Of a stretch of DNA of 64,000 nt, positions 27,231 through 40,876 are shown in pieces. Made by a program: the position numbers and the translations under genes. This DNA comes from Eledone cirrhosa (Eukaryota): the NCBI GenBank assembly GCA_964016885.1, contig OZ024742.1, positions 52,142,001 through 52,206,000 of the forward strand, written 5' to 3'. Under the pieces are notes generated by a model. That model ran no database searches and was not told the DNA's origin. It saw only the letters and a program-made list of their open reading frames with translations. Within the stretch, counting starts at the first letter, position 1, and each line of letters begins with the position of its first letter.

Positions 27231-28454
27231 TATTTGTATGCCTTATTGTGAGCATTTGACACTTCATATGAGACGAGATGTTTCAAAATGAGCACATGTT
27301 ATATTAAAATGAGTTTATTGACCCTAAAGTGTGTACATGTCACTTTAAAGTGAGAATAATGATTTCCAAGCAAGCATTTAACTCTGAAATGATTCAATAA
27401 AAATGCCTTTCTCGCGAGAAAGCCTTCTTCATGTTAAAGTTTATAGGCATATGAGACTTTGAGATTCTCTACTTATGAATGAACTACATTGTATTACATA
27501 TCGAAATGTGGATAATTAAATACATGTATAGAACATAATCATAAACAATGTATTTGATAGTGATATTGCATGTCTCTAGCATGGGAGTTGCCCATTGAAA
27601 ATGCTTTTACGTATGCAGGCAAATAATATATTTTTACTCCATCATAAAATAGGTATATCCTCCTTAGTATAATATGAATTTATATTCAGTTTTATATAAA
27701 CCCAGAAATGCTTATAAAAATTAAATCAGAAAGCTATATCATGTGATACAAGGTAATAGTGTATAAAAATGCCATCCAACCTAGTTTGGAACAATTATAC
27801 ACGTGTGCTTCAGTATGATTTTACTCTACTAATAAAATACAGGAAATAAAAATCCTACTCCTTTCCAAAAAAAAGGTGTCAGACATAGACTGTATATTTT
27901 CCACGAATAGTACATTCTTTTCTAAAATTATTATTCTCATTTCGAAGTTGAAATGTCTCAATTTCAAATCAAAGATTTCGTTTTGAAATCGTTATTTCCA
28001 ATTTATATTAATATTTTCATTTACAATAAAAAGATCTGCGATTTGGAGGTTGTGTATTTTCTGATCGTGACGAAAAAGGATAGTATTTGCCATGATTAAG
28101 ATATGAGTTGACCAAAAAGCTATACAGTGATGGTGAGGTCTAGCATTTCTAACGACCTTGAGGCTTATATTTGTATTGTTCATTTTAAAAATTTTGAGAT
28201 GTCTTCTTCATCTATAATCATTATATCTTTCTGATCTTGAAGTATACAATATTGACAAAAGGAGACTTCAATCTCTAAATAAGAATAACAATTTCAAAAT
28301 GACAAACAAAATGCGCTATATGGGAAATATAAGGATTTCTAGATATTTATATTTCGGGACCTAAAAGTCCCTTCATCGGTGTTTAAGGAACCTTCAATGG
28401 ATAACGTTCCGATTTCCTCTCTTTGGGATTAAATTTTGAAGTCGTTTTCAAGCG

Positions 28455-28640
28455 TTTTTAATTTAGGCACAAAGACTGCAATTTCTGAGGAGAAAATGTC
28501 GATTATATCGAACCTTCTTCTTTACTGGTATTTAATTTTGTTGGCCTTAGAATGATGAGAGGTAATGTTGATCTCGGTTGAATTTGAACAGCGAACGTTT
28601 CATTCGACGCACTAACGACTCTGTCTATCTCCTGTCCTGA
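28455..28640 (-). mobile_element. Old SINE copy
   Basis: ttaggcacaaagactgcaatt..gtcgattatatcga..ctggta..atttgaac. Confidence 0.65.
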
Positions 28641-29319
28641 AGAAGCATACAATGAATGTACCTGTCAGAGACTACGCAATGCAGGCTTTGACTTGCGACA
28701 CAAATTAACAGAGAATTAAGCAGGAATGATATAACTGAAACTTTTCTTTCAATTCTGAAATTGTAATTTAAAATCAAATTCAAATTCAATACAATAAAAC
28801 TTTCATTTTCACATCAATGAAAATGCATCCGTTATATTATTAAATTTCTGTTCAAGGTGAAAATTAATTCTCCAATTATTCTCCTGAGTGTCCGTTGAAG
28901 TATAAGTTTTCTAAGTTAAAATTTGGAACTAGAAAAATTTACTTGTAACTTTTAGGGTCTTCGTTACATACTTTAAGATTTACAGGTTAAATAGAGGCAA
29001 GCATGACATTGCGGCTAAGAATTTCATCGTTTAAAATGTCATTTAAGTATCGATTCTAAGACATGAGTAATTGTTTTCTTTTTTTTTTCTTTATAGTATT
29101 GAACCAAACTATTATCAACATGGGGCAGTATACTATGAGTTATTCTCTTTCCTTTCCTGGCATTCCTTATGTTGGGTGTAGCCCTTCTTTCAATATATGT
29201 GTGTGTATGTATGGATGTATGGTCAAATGGCTGAGAATTTTAAACCGAACAGAGCCCCTCCTCTTCCCAGGTCTCAACACAACTGATTTTATCTAGAGTA
29301 GGGGAACGAGATAGTAAAA

Positions 29320-29490
29320 TGGAAGTAGAGGAAATATCGAATCCAGTACTAGGCTAGTACACTTTTTATCGATCTGGAAACGATGAAAGGCAAAGTTTCC
29401 CTCGATAGAATTTGATTTCAGAAAACACAGAGCCGGAATAATTACAGCAAAACATTATATCCGACGTTATGACAACTCTAGCAATGCACC
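29320..29490 (-). mobile_element. Old SINE copy
   Basis: gatgaaaggcaaagtt..ctcg..atttga core. Confidence 0.65.
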
Positions 29491-30339
29491 GATTCGTTCT
29501 TCCTATGAATAAACCACAAACAAAAATAATGTGTTATTTGTTGTAATTCATTTTAAACGTTCACACCTCTAATTTCCTATTTTACAAACGACTCAGCTAC
29601 GAAGATAAAGTGAAGTAATGAAAATACAATCTTTGTGGCTGTGGTAAGTCTTAAACTGGAATTGAATCCAATACCGCCTCCTCTATACAGCCACAGTTGT
29701 AAATCTTGAACTCATCCACTGGGCTGAAATTGAACGCTTTCTCCTCGTCACAGACACAGTAGAAAGCTTTGAACTGTCATTTGCTGGACTTCAATTTATC
29801 CCGTACTGCTGCTTCACCCCCTCACAGCTGCAGCACAATGTTCGCGTCACTGATTGTCAAATGTAAAATTGTGTCTCAGATCAGCTCATTCTCACTTAAA
29901 TTAAATATCATACCTTGTTTTTTGTTGTTGTTTTTAAGCAATATTCCGCTTCAAATATATTTCAATATATGTATTGTACTGAAAACCTGAAAGCATTTGT
30001 AAAAAAGAAACACAATTATATTTATTAATAAACGCAATTTAATCTTCTACTTCATATGTCATGGGATATGATATTAAAATATTAAAGATAAACGGTTAAC
30101 TTATTGGTACCTATCTGTTCATGCAAGGAAATGCACAGCTTACTTTAAATAGAATCATTTATAAATCAATTCTTTGAAGCAATGTAACGCATATATCTTC
30201 TTAATCGAAATCCTCGTATTGCTATATATTATAGAAGGCATGCAGTTATAATCTGACACACATGTCATTAACAGTCGGAATAATTGATCACAGAAGGAAA
30301 GCCAATATCAATAAATTGTGAATTATGCTTAGTTTCAAG

Positions 30340-30388
30340 AATAATGATCATCATCATAGTCATCATCATCCTCATGATCATAATCATG

Positions 30389-30428
<40 letters not shown>

Positions 30429-30477
30429 AGATCATCATCAGTAGTAGTAGTAGTAGTAGTAATGGTATTATTATTAT

Positions 30478-30527
<50 letters not shown>

Positions 30528-30530
30528 ATA
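30340..30530. repeat. Compound (ATC)n/(AGT)n microsatellite
   Basis: Visible runs. Confidence 0.95.
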
Positions 30531-31296
30531 GCTGTTAACGTTATTTTAAATTAATATTTAATTTGTTTTCTTTTTAATAAATTCACCAATATCAGTGATA
30601 ATGCAATATTTTCTGTATTGTATTCATGTTTGTCACTGCTACTGATATTATCTTCACTCTTATTTATATTTATTTACGTTTTCTGTTAAGTTTTCTATTC
30701 ACATATTTTATTTGATTAACAATGCAATCGCAATACTCACAGCAAGCCAACTTTTTATAAAGGCAAACATTACAGTATAAACATCCTTCTGTTTACTTCC
30801 TCGTGAAAGGTATTATTGTTTTATAGTTCTAATAATTATTTGTAGTTCGTGGTTGGAGATGTGATTGCCCTCGAGGGTTTTAACAATAAACGTACAGCAT
30901 GAGTCAATAAGCGATATCATGTGCATGGTGTGATCTCGTGTATCACATTCATACTTTAATCTCAATTCATATTACTCTTACATAGTTACCTCCACAACTG
31001 AGACGAGCGTGGATCATATACGTCAGTGGATTGCTTTCAAGATATAACAGCCAAATCTGTACTTGTTGAACATGGCATATGTATGTGTGAGGCCGTTACA
31101 CCTGATGGTATGGTAGGGTCACTTTAAACAAGGTGGAGGCCGTTCTCTCTCCAGGTCAGAAGAGAGCTGATTTCTTCAGGAGGAGAGGAGACCTGATTTG
31201 TACAGAGCTCTATAATTTTGTAATCTTTTAATGTTGTCACTCTATATATGTAAGTATGTATCCTGTGTACACGTATGTTTTTATGTATGTGTGTGT

Positions 31297-31328
<32 letters not shown>

Positions 31329-31629
31329 CTGTGTGTCTGTGTGTGTGTGTGTGTGTGTGTGGTATGCAGTAGAAGCGCGTTGAATCATCTCGCAAAAGAA
31401 TGACAATTTCACAAGTGATAAGATGTAATGTAGTGCCAATTGGTAGTTGTTCAATCATGTTCAGTGTATATAATAAGATAGATCTCGAATCTGAAGGATG
31501 AGACTAGCAACTGTTTAGTTCATTGTTTTAATCCAATTAATAATACTATATTGTGAAAAGTATCAATGTGATTGCATGACATCAAATTACAACAGAATTG
31601 AGCAGACAAGAATAATATTTTTTTCTGAG

Positions 31630-31745
31630 ATTGGCACAAGGCAAGTAATGTGTGGGGGGGGAGAAGTCGATTATATCGACCCCATATTGAACTGGGTTTT
31701 ATTTTATTGATTTCAGAAGGTAGAAAAGCAGAGTTGACCTAGGTG
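31630..31745 (-). mobile_element. Old SINE 3' fragment
   Basis: ggcacaaggc..gtcgattatatcgacccc. Confidence 0.6.
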
Positions 31746-32444
31746 AAAAAGAATATTAATCATAACATAATATAAAGAACATTAATGTACAACACTCCAC
31801 TTCCAATCTAAAGAAACATACAAGTTAAGAATCTAGTAAAATCGAGAGGGAATAATTACCTTTCTATTTTTTGTTTCAGATATATTGTTATCTACTTATA
31901 AATTGATTTTTTTTATTCATTAAAAAGTAAAGTCTGTTTCATATATATTATTAACCGTTCTCAGAGTGAAGTCTCAAATTCCATTAGAATAATGGATGAA
32001 TCAGTAAATATGAAAGCTCCTCATCATATAACACTTAACACAATAATATTTTTGTTGTAACAATTAAAGTTATATACACATAGAAAATGTATATGTATTC
32101 TTTATTTATATAATTTTAATTGTAACTTTTAAAACAATTAGGTTACTGTAGTGGACTGCTAACATCACGTCCCTAACTACAGTAGAATATCCAAAACAAG
32201 AACATTACAACATAACACCTGTCTGATGAACACACATCAACTAGTTATTATTGACGCCTTTGAAATGCATATAACAGTATTATATAACAAATAGAGAATG
32301 TACACTTAAAACTATCTCTCTTCTTTATAATAATGTGTTCTAGTATAGGCACAAGGCCAGCAATAATTAACTCCGTTCTCGCACCACCAACTAGATTCAA
32401 CATCAAAGATGTATGAGTTGTATACCGTCGAATTCTTTTCCTAA

Positions 32445-32810
32445 TATTGGTTTCTTATATAGGCACAAGTCCAGCAACTTTGGTGGAGAGTAAAGTCGAT
32501 TAAATCGACCCCAGTACGTTAATGGTGCTATATGTTATCGACTCCGTAAGGATGAAAGGCAAAGTTAACTTCGCTGGGATTTGAACTCAGAAAATGAAGG
32601 GCCATAACCCCGTAAGGATGAAAGGCAAAGTTAACCTTGGCGGGATTTGAACGCAGATCATGAAGGGATGTAACTCTATACTGCAAAGCATGGTGTCTGA
32701 CGCTCTAACGATACTGCCAATCCACCGCCCTTCTCTTCTTTGTAATAATTGTTTCTATTTTTGGCACAATGCCAGCAATTATTCCAGTACATTACAGGTG
32801 CTTTATTTAA
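32445..32810 (-). mobile_element. SINE cluster with duplicated core
   Basis: ccgtaaggatgaaaggcaaagttaac occurs twice (~32544 and ~32610); another 3' fragment follows at 32746-32810. Confidence 0.85.
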
Positions 32811-32984
32811 TGAATTATTTTTTTGATACTTCGTTTGATACCTTATTGATAATACTTTAAGGAACGCAATTCGTGAAGTGATTTACGTCTATTTATGACT
32901 AAAGTCGGTGGATTATCTGATTAACCAACTTTCTTCACGTGAATAATATATATGTATATATATGTGTGTGGATTGAGTCAAACG

Positions 32985-33145
32985 CTGTGTGACAAGAGTG
33001 GCCCTTTGAATAATAGATACAGCTCATTTCCCCCAGCTAAAATGACTGGAGCAACGTGAAAAAGGTGCTTTGCTCTAGGGCACAACGTTCCGCCAAAGAA
33101 TGAAGCCTTATGATCATGAGCCGAACACCTTAATCACTAAGCACC
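32985..33145 (-). mobile_element. Different tRNA-derived SINE family fragment
   Basis: Minus strand gcttagtgattaaggtgttcggctcatgatc head, then tgtgccctagagcaaagcacc..gttgctccagtc. Confidence 0.55.
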
Positions 33146-33679
33146 TCGCTAACACGGGCTTTTGTAGTTTCTGATTACCAACTTTAATTCAAAAGTCATT
33201 GCTTAATCCTACGCTTTGTTAAAATGTACTTTCTTACGATGCCAGGCAAGGAGATTGAACTCGGGACATGGATAAAATAACCTCAGCATTACTGAAGACA
33301 ATTTACTTATCCATAAGATCCACGAGGTTTTCTTAGGAATTATATCTTATGGTGGATTAAAATTAACTTCCTTTATGGATCAGACTTTAATATTACTAAT
33401 GGTATCGTCTCACGACTACATGTTTGACACCAAATGGGATTGGCTTGTTCAAAAATACAATAAAACTCCTTCCATATGGTTCAAAATATGTGTGATGTGA
33501 TGTGATAGTCCCGTAATGCCTGTTGGAGTCGTAGGGACACCGTATGCGGTGTTTCTTGGGCATGTTAAACCTGATGGAGACCATTCATCTTCAAGTCTGA
33601 ACATAGCCGATTTTTTCCAGAGAAGGATTGAGAGTGAACCAGAGAGGAATTGAGAAAGAGTTACAGAAGAAGAATTAAC

Positions 33680-33835
33680 GCTAGTACTTCACTGCTGCTT
33701 TTTTTTATTGACCTCGAAAGGGTGGCTGGCAAAGTTGATCTCGGTAGGATTTGAATTCAGAGAGCAGAGAGTCGGAATGAATGCCACGAAACATTTTATT
33801 TTACATTCTAGCGACTCTGCCAATTCGGAGCCTTA
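33680..33835 (-). mobile_element. Old SINE copy
   Basis: ggcaaagttgatctcggtaggatttgaattcaga..ctgccaattc. Confidence 0.7.
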
Positions 33836-34510
33836 CAAACGTTCAAATAGGTTTTTACTAACGTTTTCAGGCTTTCGCTTTTATTAAACTTTACACTACC
33901 CGTTTGCAGTAACAAAATGCTGGTTGATATCTTGATATTGTTGTTGTTGGTAATATTGTTCTTGTTGTAGTTTTTGGTGGTGTTGTAGATGTTGTTCTGT
34001 GATTGTGCTGATGTTGTTTAGCACCAGCAAAATTCGATCACTTGGTTGTTTCATCCAAACCTTTCAGACAGTAACCCCTTTGCATTTCCCGGAGTTTATA
34101 AGTGTATATATATACTCAAATGTTGTGTATTTAGATACATCTGGTATAACATTCTCAATGTTGCCCTTTCCTTACTGCAAATAGCAGGGTGTGAACAAAG
34201 GTAGATTTGGCTACCATTTCTAGCAATTCGAGAGACAATGTTGAAGTTCCCTATGCAGTAGCTGAATGATATTCACGAGACTTATATCAGACACAGTACA
34301 TTACGATAGAAATCAGTGGAAACCTAAAATCATTGCATGTAAAATAATGAAATTTGACAGCAGTGAAAAAACTACAGTAGATTGCAGAGATAATCGTTAT
34401 GTTTTGTTACATATATGTATTCCTTGTATCTTATTGCGTTACATACACACATGCATACATAGATACATGCATACACATATACACACGTGAATATATATAT
34501 ATATACGAAC

Positions 34511-34566
<56 letters not shown>

Positions 34567-36341
34567 GTTCGTATAAGTATGTGTGTGAAACCATTAAAGA
34601 TGTTTAATTAAACACTCACAGGCACACATTTTCAGAATCAGATGACTTTCTATATCAGCACCATATAACGCAATGTTAATTCCCTTAGTGAATCTGTTTC
34701 AAAGATCTGTTGACTGACTGCCTGGTTGGTTGGTTGAATAAGTACAGTACTACTTCATTGTTTTCCATGGCGTATGTTATAATGAATATTGATGTACATT
34801 TATATATACTCCAATAAATATATTTTATTGACCAACCTTTAGTCATTTTAAATATTTTAAAACCTGAGACTCTAGTAATTGTCAGAAACTGGAAAGTGTT
34901 ATGTTAAATGTCTCGTTCTGTTTGGTGGTGTCTATGTGTTCTTTAATCACTCGTCTACTTCACCAATATATTAAATTTAATAGGTGTAAACTTATGATGA
35001 TGCGGAACATTTTAGTTTCTCTATTCATAGTTTTATATATATTTACAACTCATATATGTTATATTGGTGCATTGTTTTATACAGATGCTATAAACAGGGA
35101 AATGCTATCAAATAACTTCTGCTCTAATCTTGGTGTCGATAGTTTGAATTTCTGGAAGGCTATGAGGTGAATTAGAAACGAAGCAGGACTGAAACCGCAA
35201 AAAAAAAATTCAAATCCAAATTAAAAAAACGTTTCCCCTCCGAAATAATCCCCTCGAGTCTAACGCACTTTCTCATCCTTCTCCACTACGCCTCCATGCA
35301 ATCTATGTTGGCTTCCTCGTGATATGTGGCTGATATACTCATTATCACATCATCCCGTGATGAAGGCAACAGGATAAACACCATATTGTCTAGCATGGAT
35401 GACAGCATAAGGCTCAGCATTGAACATCCCGATAGCACAGGATCCCTATCCCTGCTAGTCTTCCAGCTTAAAATAACTTTAAAAGGCGGTAATCACACCA
35501 GATTTTACTGGAAGGCCGCCATTAAGGGCCTATTTGAGCACCATAAGTCAAACCTCCCCCTTGGTGCTAAAAGAGGGTACATAACAAACGAGTTCACAGG
35601 TATCCGGAATAAATCCAGCAAGGCGGAAGACCGAGACTCTCACTCCGTACATTTCATGGAAGTCCTAAGGAACAACGGTTAACCACCTTCCACCTTGAAC
35701 CATTTTAGGAACATGAAATCCTACAAACGCAAGATGAACTCCACGAAAAACTGCTTTCTGAAGCTACCACACGTCAGCGAAGGTATAACCACCGCGATTC
35801 AAAGAGCCATCCGTAGAGAAGGGCTAGATATAGCACAACTAACCAAGAGGCAGCCAAGAAACTCGAACAGTCAATGCACGCTGGCCAACTGCCCTATCCA
35901 TGACACAAGAATAATGCCAACAGGCATACGTGGTTTACCGCATTCAATGTGATTAATGTAGGGACTTTTACATTGTAGCACTATCAGACCACTACAAATC
36001 CGCATTAAGGTACACTTAGATACCCATGTTTCATCCTTCAAGAAATACATAGACAAATTTAGAAGCAACAACAAATACTTAACAGTTCCGATTTAGTTTA
36101 GAGATCGAAATTTAGGAAGTCTTAGAATTAAGGAAGCAATTAATATTAACAAAGTGACACCACACACTAACAGCAGATCGGAACTTAACACACAATTCAT
36201 AACTTAAACAACTTCACACACCTCCGACTAATTAGACTCCAGCACACGACATATATACAAAACGCTAAACATGCAACACATTTAACACGAAATGCACAAC
36301 ACTTTAACAAGCTACAACCCAGCATAATATACCCATTATAT

Positions 36342-36530
36342 AATTATTTCTACGTTAGGCACAAGGCCAGCAATTATCCAGTGCATTACTGGTACTTTAT
36401 TTTATCGACCCCGTAAGGATGAAAGGCAAAGTTAACCTTGGCGGGATTTGAACTCAGAAAGGCAAGGGCCGTAACTCTATACGTCAAAGCATGGCGTCCG
36501 ACCCTCTACCAATACTGCCAATCCACCGCC
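36342..36530 (-). mobile_element. Full-length SINE in PLE 3'UTR
   Basis: Consensus match. Confidence 0.9.
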
Positions 36531-37163
36531 AATAATATCTATTGTACAATAATAACACATTTATGTTTGTTTGGCACAGTGCCTATCAGAACTTATATCA
36601 ACACAAACAAAACACAAAACATGCAACACATTAAAACATGAAACGCAGAGCACACCAACGTCAAGCCGCAGCCCGGCACAAGACACAAGTTTGCCTATGG
36701 GAACTTAACTCACAACACCGCCTCCGGCTGTTAACAGTGTATGGCATACACATGTGGCTGCATATGTGCAGGGGTGCGCATGCATCTTTTTGGGGCCAGT
36801 AAAGAGGTGTGTTTGTATGTGCATGTATGTATGAAAAATCTATAACACCCACTAAATACCAATTGCATAAAAACGCAATACCCATTATACATTTTATCTG
36901 CACTTGTACATACATTCCTTGTGCCAGGCACATATATTAAATTATAATAATGAATAAATAAATATATAAATTAAGTAAATTAATAAATACAATATTAAAT
37001 TCAAAAAAGAAAAGAAACGCACACAGAATAACTCACACGCATGCAGACACAAAGCCGTTAACAATTCTCACATTTCCTACAACCACTTCCGGCTACAAAC
37101 AGCATAAACAGAAAAAAAGATGACATATACTAAAACGTTTCCTCAGTTTTCCAAGGTTTTTTT

Positions 37164-37200
37164 ACTTCTGATGAAGAGAATTTTTCCCGAAAATTAAGGT
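37164..37200 (+). ncRNA. Minimal hammerhead-like motif at PLE 3' end
   Basis: actt-CTGATGA-agagaattttttccc-GAAA-at-TA-aggt. Confidence 0.55.
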
Positions 37201-37319
37201 CTTGTTTGAATAGAGAACGAGTAACACAGGGCAACTTTGTTGCCTTTTTTTATATCTAATCTTACCACACCATTTGCATTCTCGCAGCCTTCAAATTACA
37301 TACCTGGTTATATATATAT

Positions 37320-37845
37320 ATGCGATGTTCTGGGTAATCTTCCAAATTTATGGTGAGAATCATCAAATTCTGGAAAGGCACCTAAGCAATGGCAATCGGG
37401 AGTGATAATCCAAATTTAAAAAAAAGGAGACATTGTTCCAACTACAGAGGGATCTCCTTTTTAAGCCTTCCCGGTAGACTATATGCTAAGTGTCTGGTAA
37501 AAAGATGCAGTTAGATTGTCGACTCCACGCTAACTGATGCACAGTGTGGTTTTCGCCTCGGACTCAACACAGCCGACCAAATATTCACACTGTGCCAGGT
37601 CTTCGAGAAATATGGAAGGTTCTGCAAGAGTATGGGATCAATGGTCAGCTCCTTGCTACCCTGGTGTCTCTATACGAATCCGCAAGTATTTTTAATTCGG
37701 ATAAATTGTGTTAGATCGAAACCATTCAATGTTGGAGTCAGACTCCACCAACGGTACGTACTGTCATTATTTACAATTATTTACATGAATAGGATTGATA
37801 TGTGCAGTCGAGTTGGAAGTGGTCTCATGACTGGTGGGTGTAAAA
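37320..37845 (+). pseudogene. RTE-like RT fragment
   Basis: WQSGVI..KKGD..NYRGISF..DAQCGFRLGLNTADQIFTLCQVFEKY..SKPFNVGVRLHQRYVLS. Confidence 0.78.
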
Positions 37846-38126
37846 TCCTATACATATATATATATAATATATATATAAATATATGTATATATCTATATAT
37901 ATATTTTTTTATATATATTTGAATTTTCCTAGTATATTACAAACGTCGTGTATAATTTTAGTCAGTTTTTTTCTGATGATTTGATTAAGCACAAATTGTA
38001 TTTAAAATTCAGTGACACAACTTTAGCAATTTTTAGACAACATAATCAATGAAACAATTGTTAATACTGTAAATAAAACCCTTTTTGTACTGTTGACCAT
38101 GTTATTCTTCACTCTTTCACCATATT

Positions 38127-38236
<110 letters not shown>

Positions 38237-39109
38237 CAAATATAACGGAAAGGTGTCAAATGATTTTCATAAACATCCTGTATACAACACGTGTGTGGGT
38301 ATAACGCTATGTTATATATATTTATATATATATAGAGAGAGAAAGAAGAACTTTCAAATATTATAAACCTAATTAATATACACCTTACACTTATATTTTA
38401 CATATTATAATTATTTTTTTTAATTTAGTTAACCTATAATTAGTACTTTCCTACAGAGAACTTCATAATTTTATTTCCCTCTTACAGCTCTCTTTTCCTA
38501 AAATTAATACCCAAAAGTATACATATACATTAATTTAATTTCCTGTTATGAATCTAGATTCCTTGTAGTCTATATAAGATTGGTATTTCTCACTACTACA
38601 TTTATCCCAACATTTTATTTTCCTTCGTTTTTAACAACATTCTTTAATAACATCTAATTCTTATTTATCACATCCATATGAATTAATATAAATTTATCCC
38701 TATAAGTATACCTATTAATTAATTAAATTTCTTGTTATAGATCTAAATTCCTTGTGTTTTAAATAAGATTGGTATTTCTCACCAACACCTTTACCCTAAA
38801 ATGTTATTCTTCTTCGGTTTAAACATTAACATTATTCTTTAATAACATCAAATTTTCGTGTACCCTTCACCAACTTGACCTCTTTTCATCCCCAAAGTAT
38901 TATTTTCATTCAAAGTATTCTTTTCATTCAAAACTTAAGTCTGCATTCCTCTACCCCTAAATTAAATTTCTACTACTACTATTCTATCAACTTAACCTCT
39001 TACTACTTTTCTATTGGTCAATTCAAAACCTGTTCCCAAACAGACCTATTATATTAAATCTTTGTTGTTTTTTTTTCAATAAACAAATATCATTATTTCT
39101 GAAGACAGC

Positions 39110-39276
39110 GTTGGATTGGCAGTATCAGTAAAGGGCCGGACGCTATGCTTTCCCGCATAGTTACGTCCCTTTACGATCTGAGTTCAAATCCCGCCGAGGT
39201 TGACTTTGCCTTTCATCCTTACGGAGTCGATAAATGCACTGGGATAATTGCTGGCCTTGTGCCTAAAGTAGAAACA
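39110..39276 (+). mobile_element. SINE with 18-bp TSD covering an HHR core
   Basis: TSD attatttctgaagacagc at 39092-39109 and 39277-39294. Confidence 0.9.
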
Positions 39277-39410
39277 ATTATTTCTGAAGACAGCATATAT
39301 ATGTGAAGGTATGTATATTTCCTCTGATAGTTTGTAAAATATTTTTACATAGAACTATATGATATACATACCAACACACATATATATCCTAGAAACGATC
39401 GTAAAATGAT
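39277..39410 (+). ncRNA. Hammerhead ribozyme motif (family related to 8390/13829)
   Basis: attattt-CTGAAGA-cagcatatatatgtg...cacatatatatccta-GAAA-cgatcg-TA-aaatgat. Confidence 0.78.
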
Positions 39411-39460
39411 GAATTTTTTAATATAAGAAACTTGTTCTTTGTTTTTATTCATTGTTTTTA

Positions 39461-39521
<61 letters not shown>

Positions 39522-39612
39522 CGAAGGAAATGTGGTAAGGAACCAGGTGGACCATAACGCACCAAAGTACTCAATACTTAGGGTAGTAGAGTGGGTAATA
39601 GGAACCAGTAAG

Positions 39613-39705
39613 ACCCGACGGCTGAGCTCAAGCCGTTTCGACGGCTAATTCTGGACTAAATGAAAGTTTATCCTGGTATATAAATAGCCGAGCTTCTCAA
39701 GGGGT
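39613..39705 (-). ncRNA. U3-A8 variant hammerhead motif
   Basis: acccc-TTGAGAA-gctcggcta...tagccgtc-GAAA-cggcttgagctcagccg-TC-gggt. Confidence 0.75.
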
Positions 39706-40074
39706 AATTCCATATATGGTCAAAGTGATTGTCACAAGAATTGGTCACAAGTTAGTAGTAATTCTGTGATGGCAAATTAATGGGGGAGAGGGTGGCTAAA
39801 CCTGCCAGTAGGAGAAAAAGGGGAGGTGGTGGAGTAGACCCAATCATGCGTTGGTAGTGCCGGCTACAGCTGGGCATGAGGTCAAAGAAGATACTAGGGA
39901 GGGGGAGGGGGAGGAAGTCGAAACGGTAAGTAGAACAATGAGGGTAAACATATATATATATGAAAAAAAAAATACTGAGCGTGATAAAAAGCGAATAAAG
40001 GTAAAGAAAAAAATATAAGCAATTTCTACGACCTAAGTCTCTAGCTATTGCTAGGCTAGATAAATAAATAAATA

Positions 40075-40126
<52 letters not shown>

Positions 40127-40876
40127 AATAAAGAAATAAAAAAATAAGTAAATAAACTAGGTGGGACGGAATAGGAAAGGACCCTTTTAAGAGGTATAAG
40201 TACGTATATCATACGGTGACGGGTCAACAATGGGGGCCAAAATACTAAAGAAACTACCACGAAATAATTAATAAAGGTTTCTACCTCGGGCACAAGGCCA
40301 GCAACCACCCAGTGCAGAAAAGTAAACTAGTACGAGATAATAATTCTGAGTCCCGAAAAAAATATACTAATGCTAACTCTAATGGTACCGCCACGCTACA
40401 AAAGTTCTTATACAAGCTACATGAAAGTTCGTACGAGGTAAAAGTAGAATACGGAAAATATAAATTCAGAATCCACCCCGCCCAAAAGAAAAGAGAAGAA
40501 AGAGATACTGAAACGAGAAATTAAGGCAGAGGTGCCACTAAGAAATATAGAAGGCACGGAAAAAAGGGGGAGCGGTCGGATAAGGGGGCACGTATCCGAG
40601 GTCTAACACAACTCCTATAAAAAGCGTAGTCGGCCAAATCTATCATAGACTAGGGGAGGGGTGAGGGTACTGAGGCTACAAGGGGCCAAAGGGATGCCTC
40701 GGGTGGGCGAGAAAAATACGCCGACAAAGAAAAAGAACTGGGGTAGAAGGACTAGGGGGGATGGGGGGAAGAAGGAAATATAGAGGAAGCGATAAAAGAA
40801 TAAAAAGAAGATCTTACGTCTCCCTTGGCAAGCAGGGGTTACCCATTACAAAACCGGCAAGTGGGGTGTTATAGCC

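Larger units (their letters stand above)
35230..37310 (+). mobile_element. 5'-truncated, decayed Penelope-like element (RT end, thumb, GIY-YIG, 3'UTR)
   Basis: YVADILI..IRLSIEHPD..GSLSLL..FYWK..HHKSNLP, FLKLPHVSE, and FYI.STIRPLQIRIKVH..LRIKEAINI..PTLNSRSE. Confidence 0.8.

Noticed and set aside
29590-29860. Possible host exon (GTG|GTAAGT donor, higher-complexity sequence)
   Set aside because: No convincing acceptor or recognisable protein; cannot be supported without RNA or homology data.
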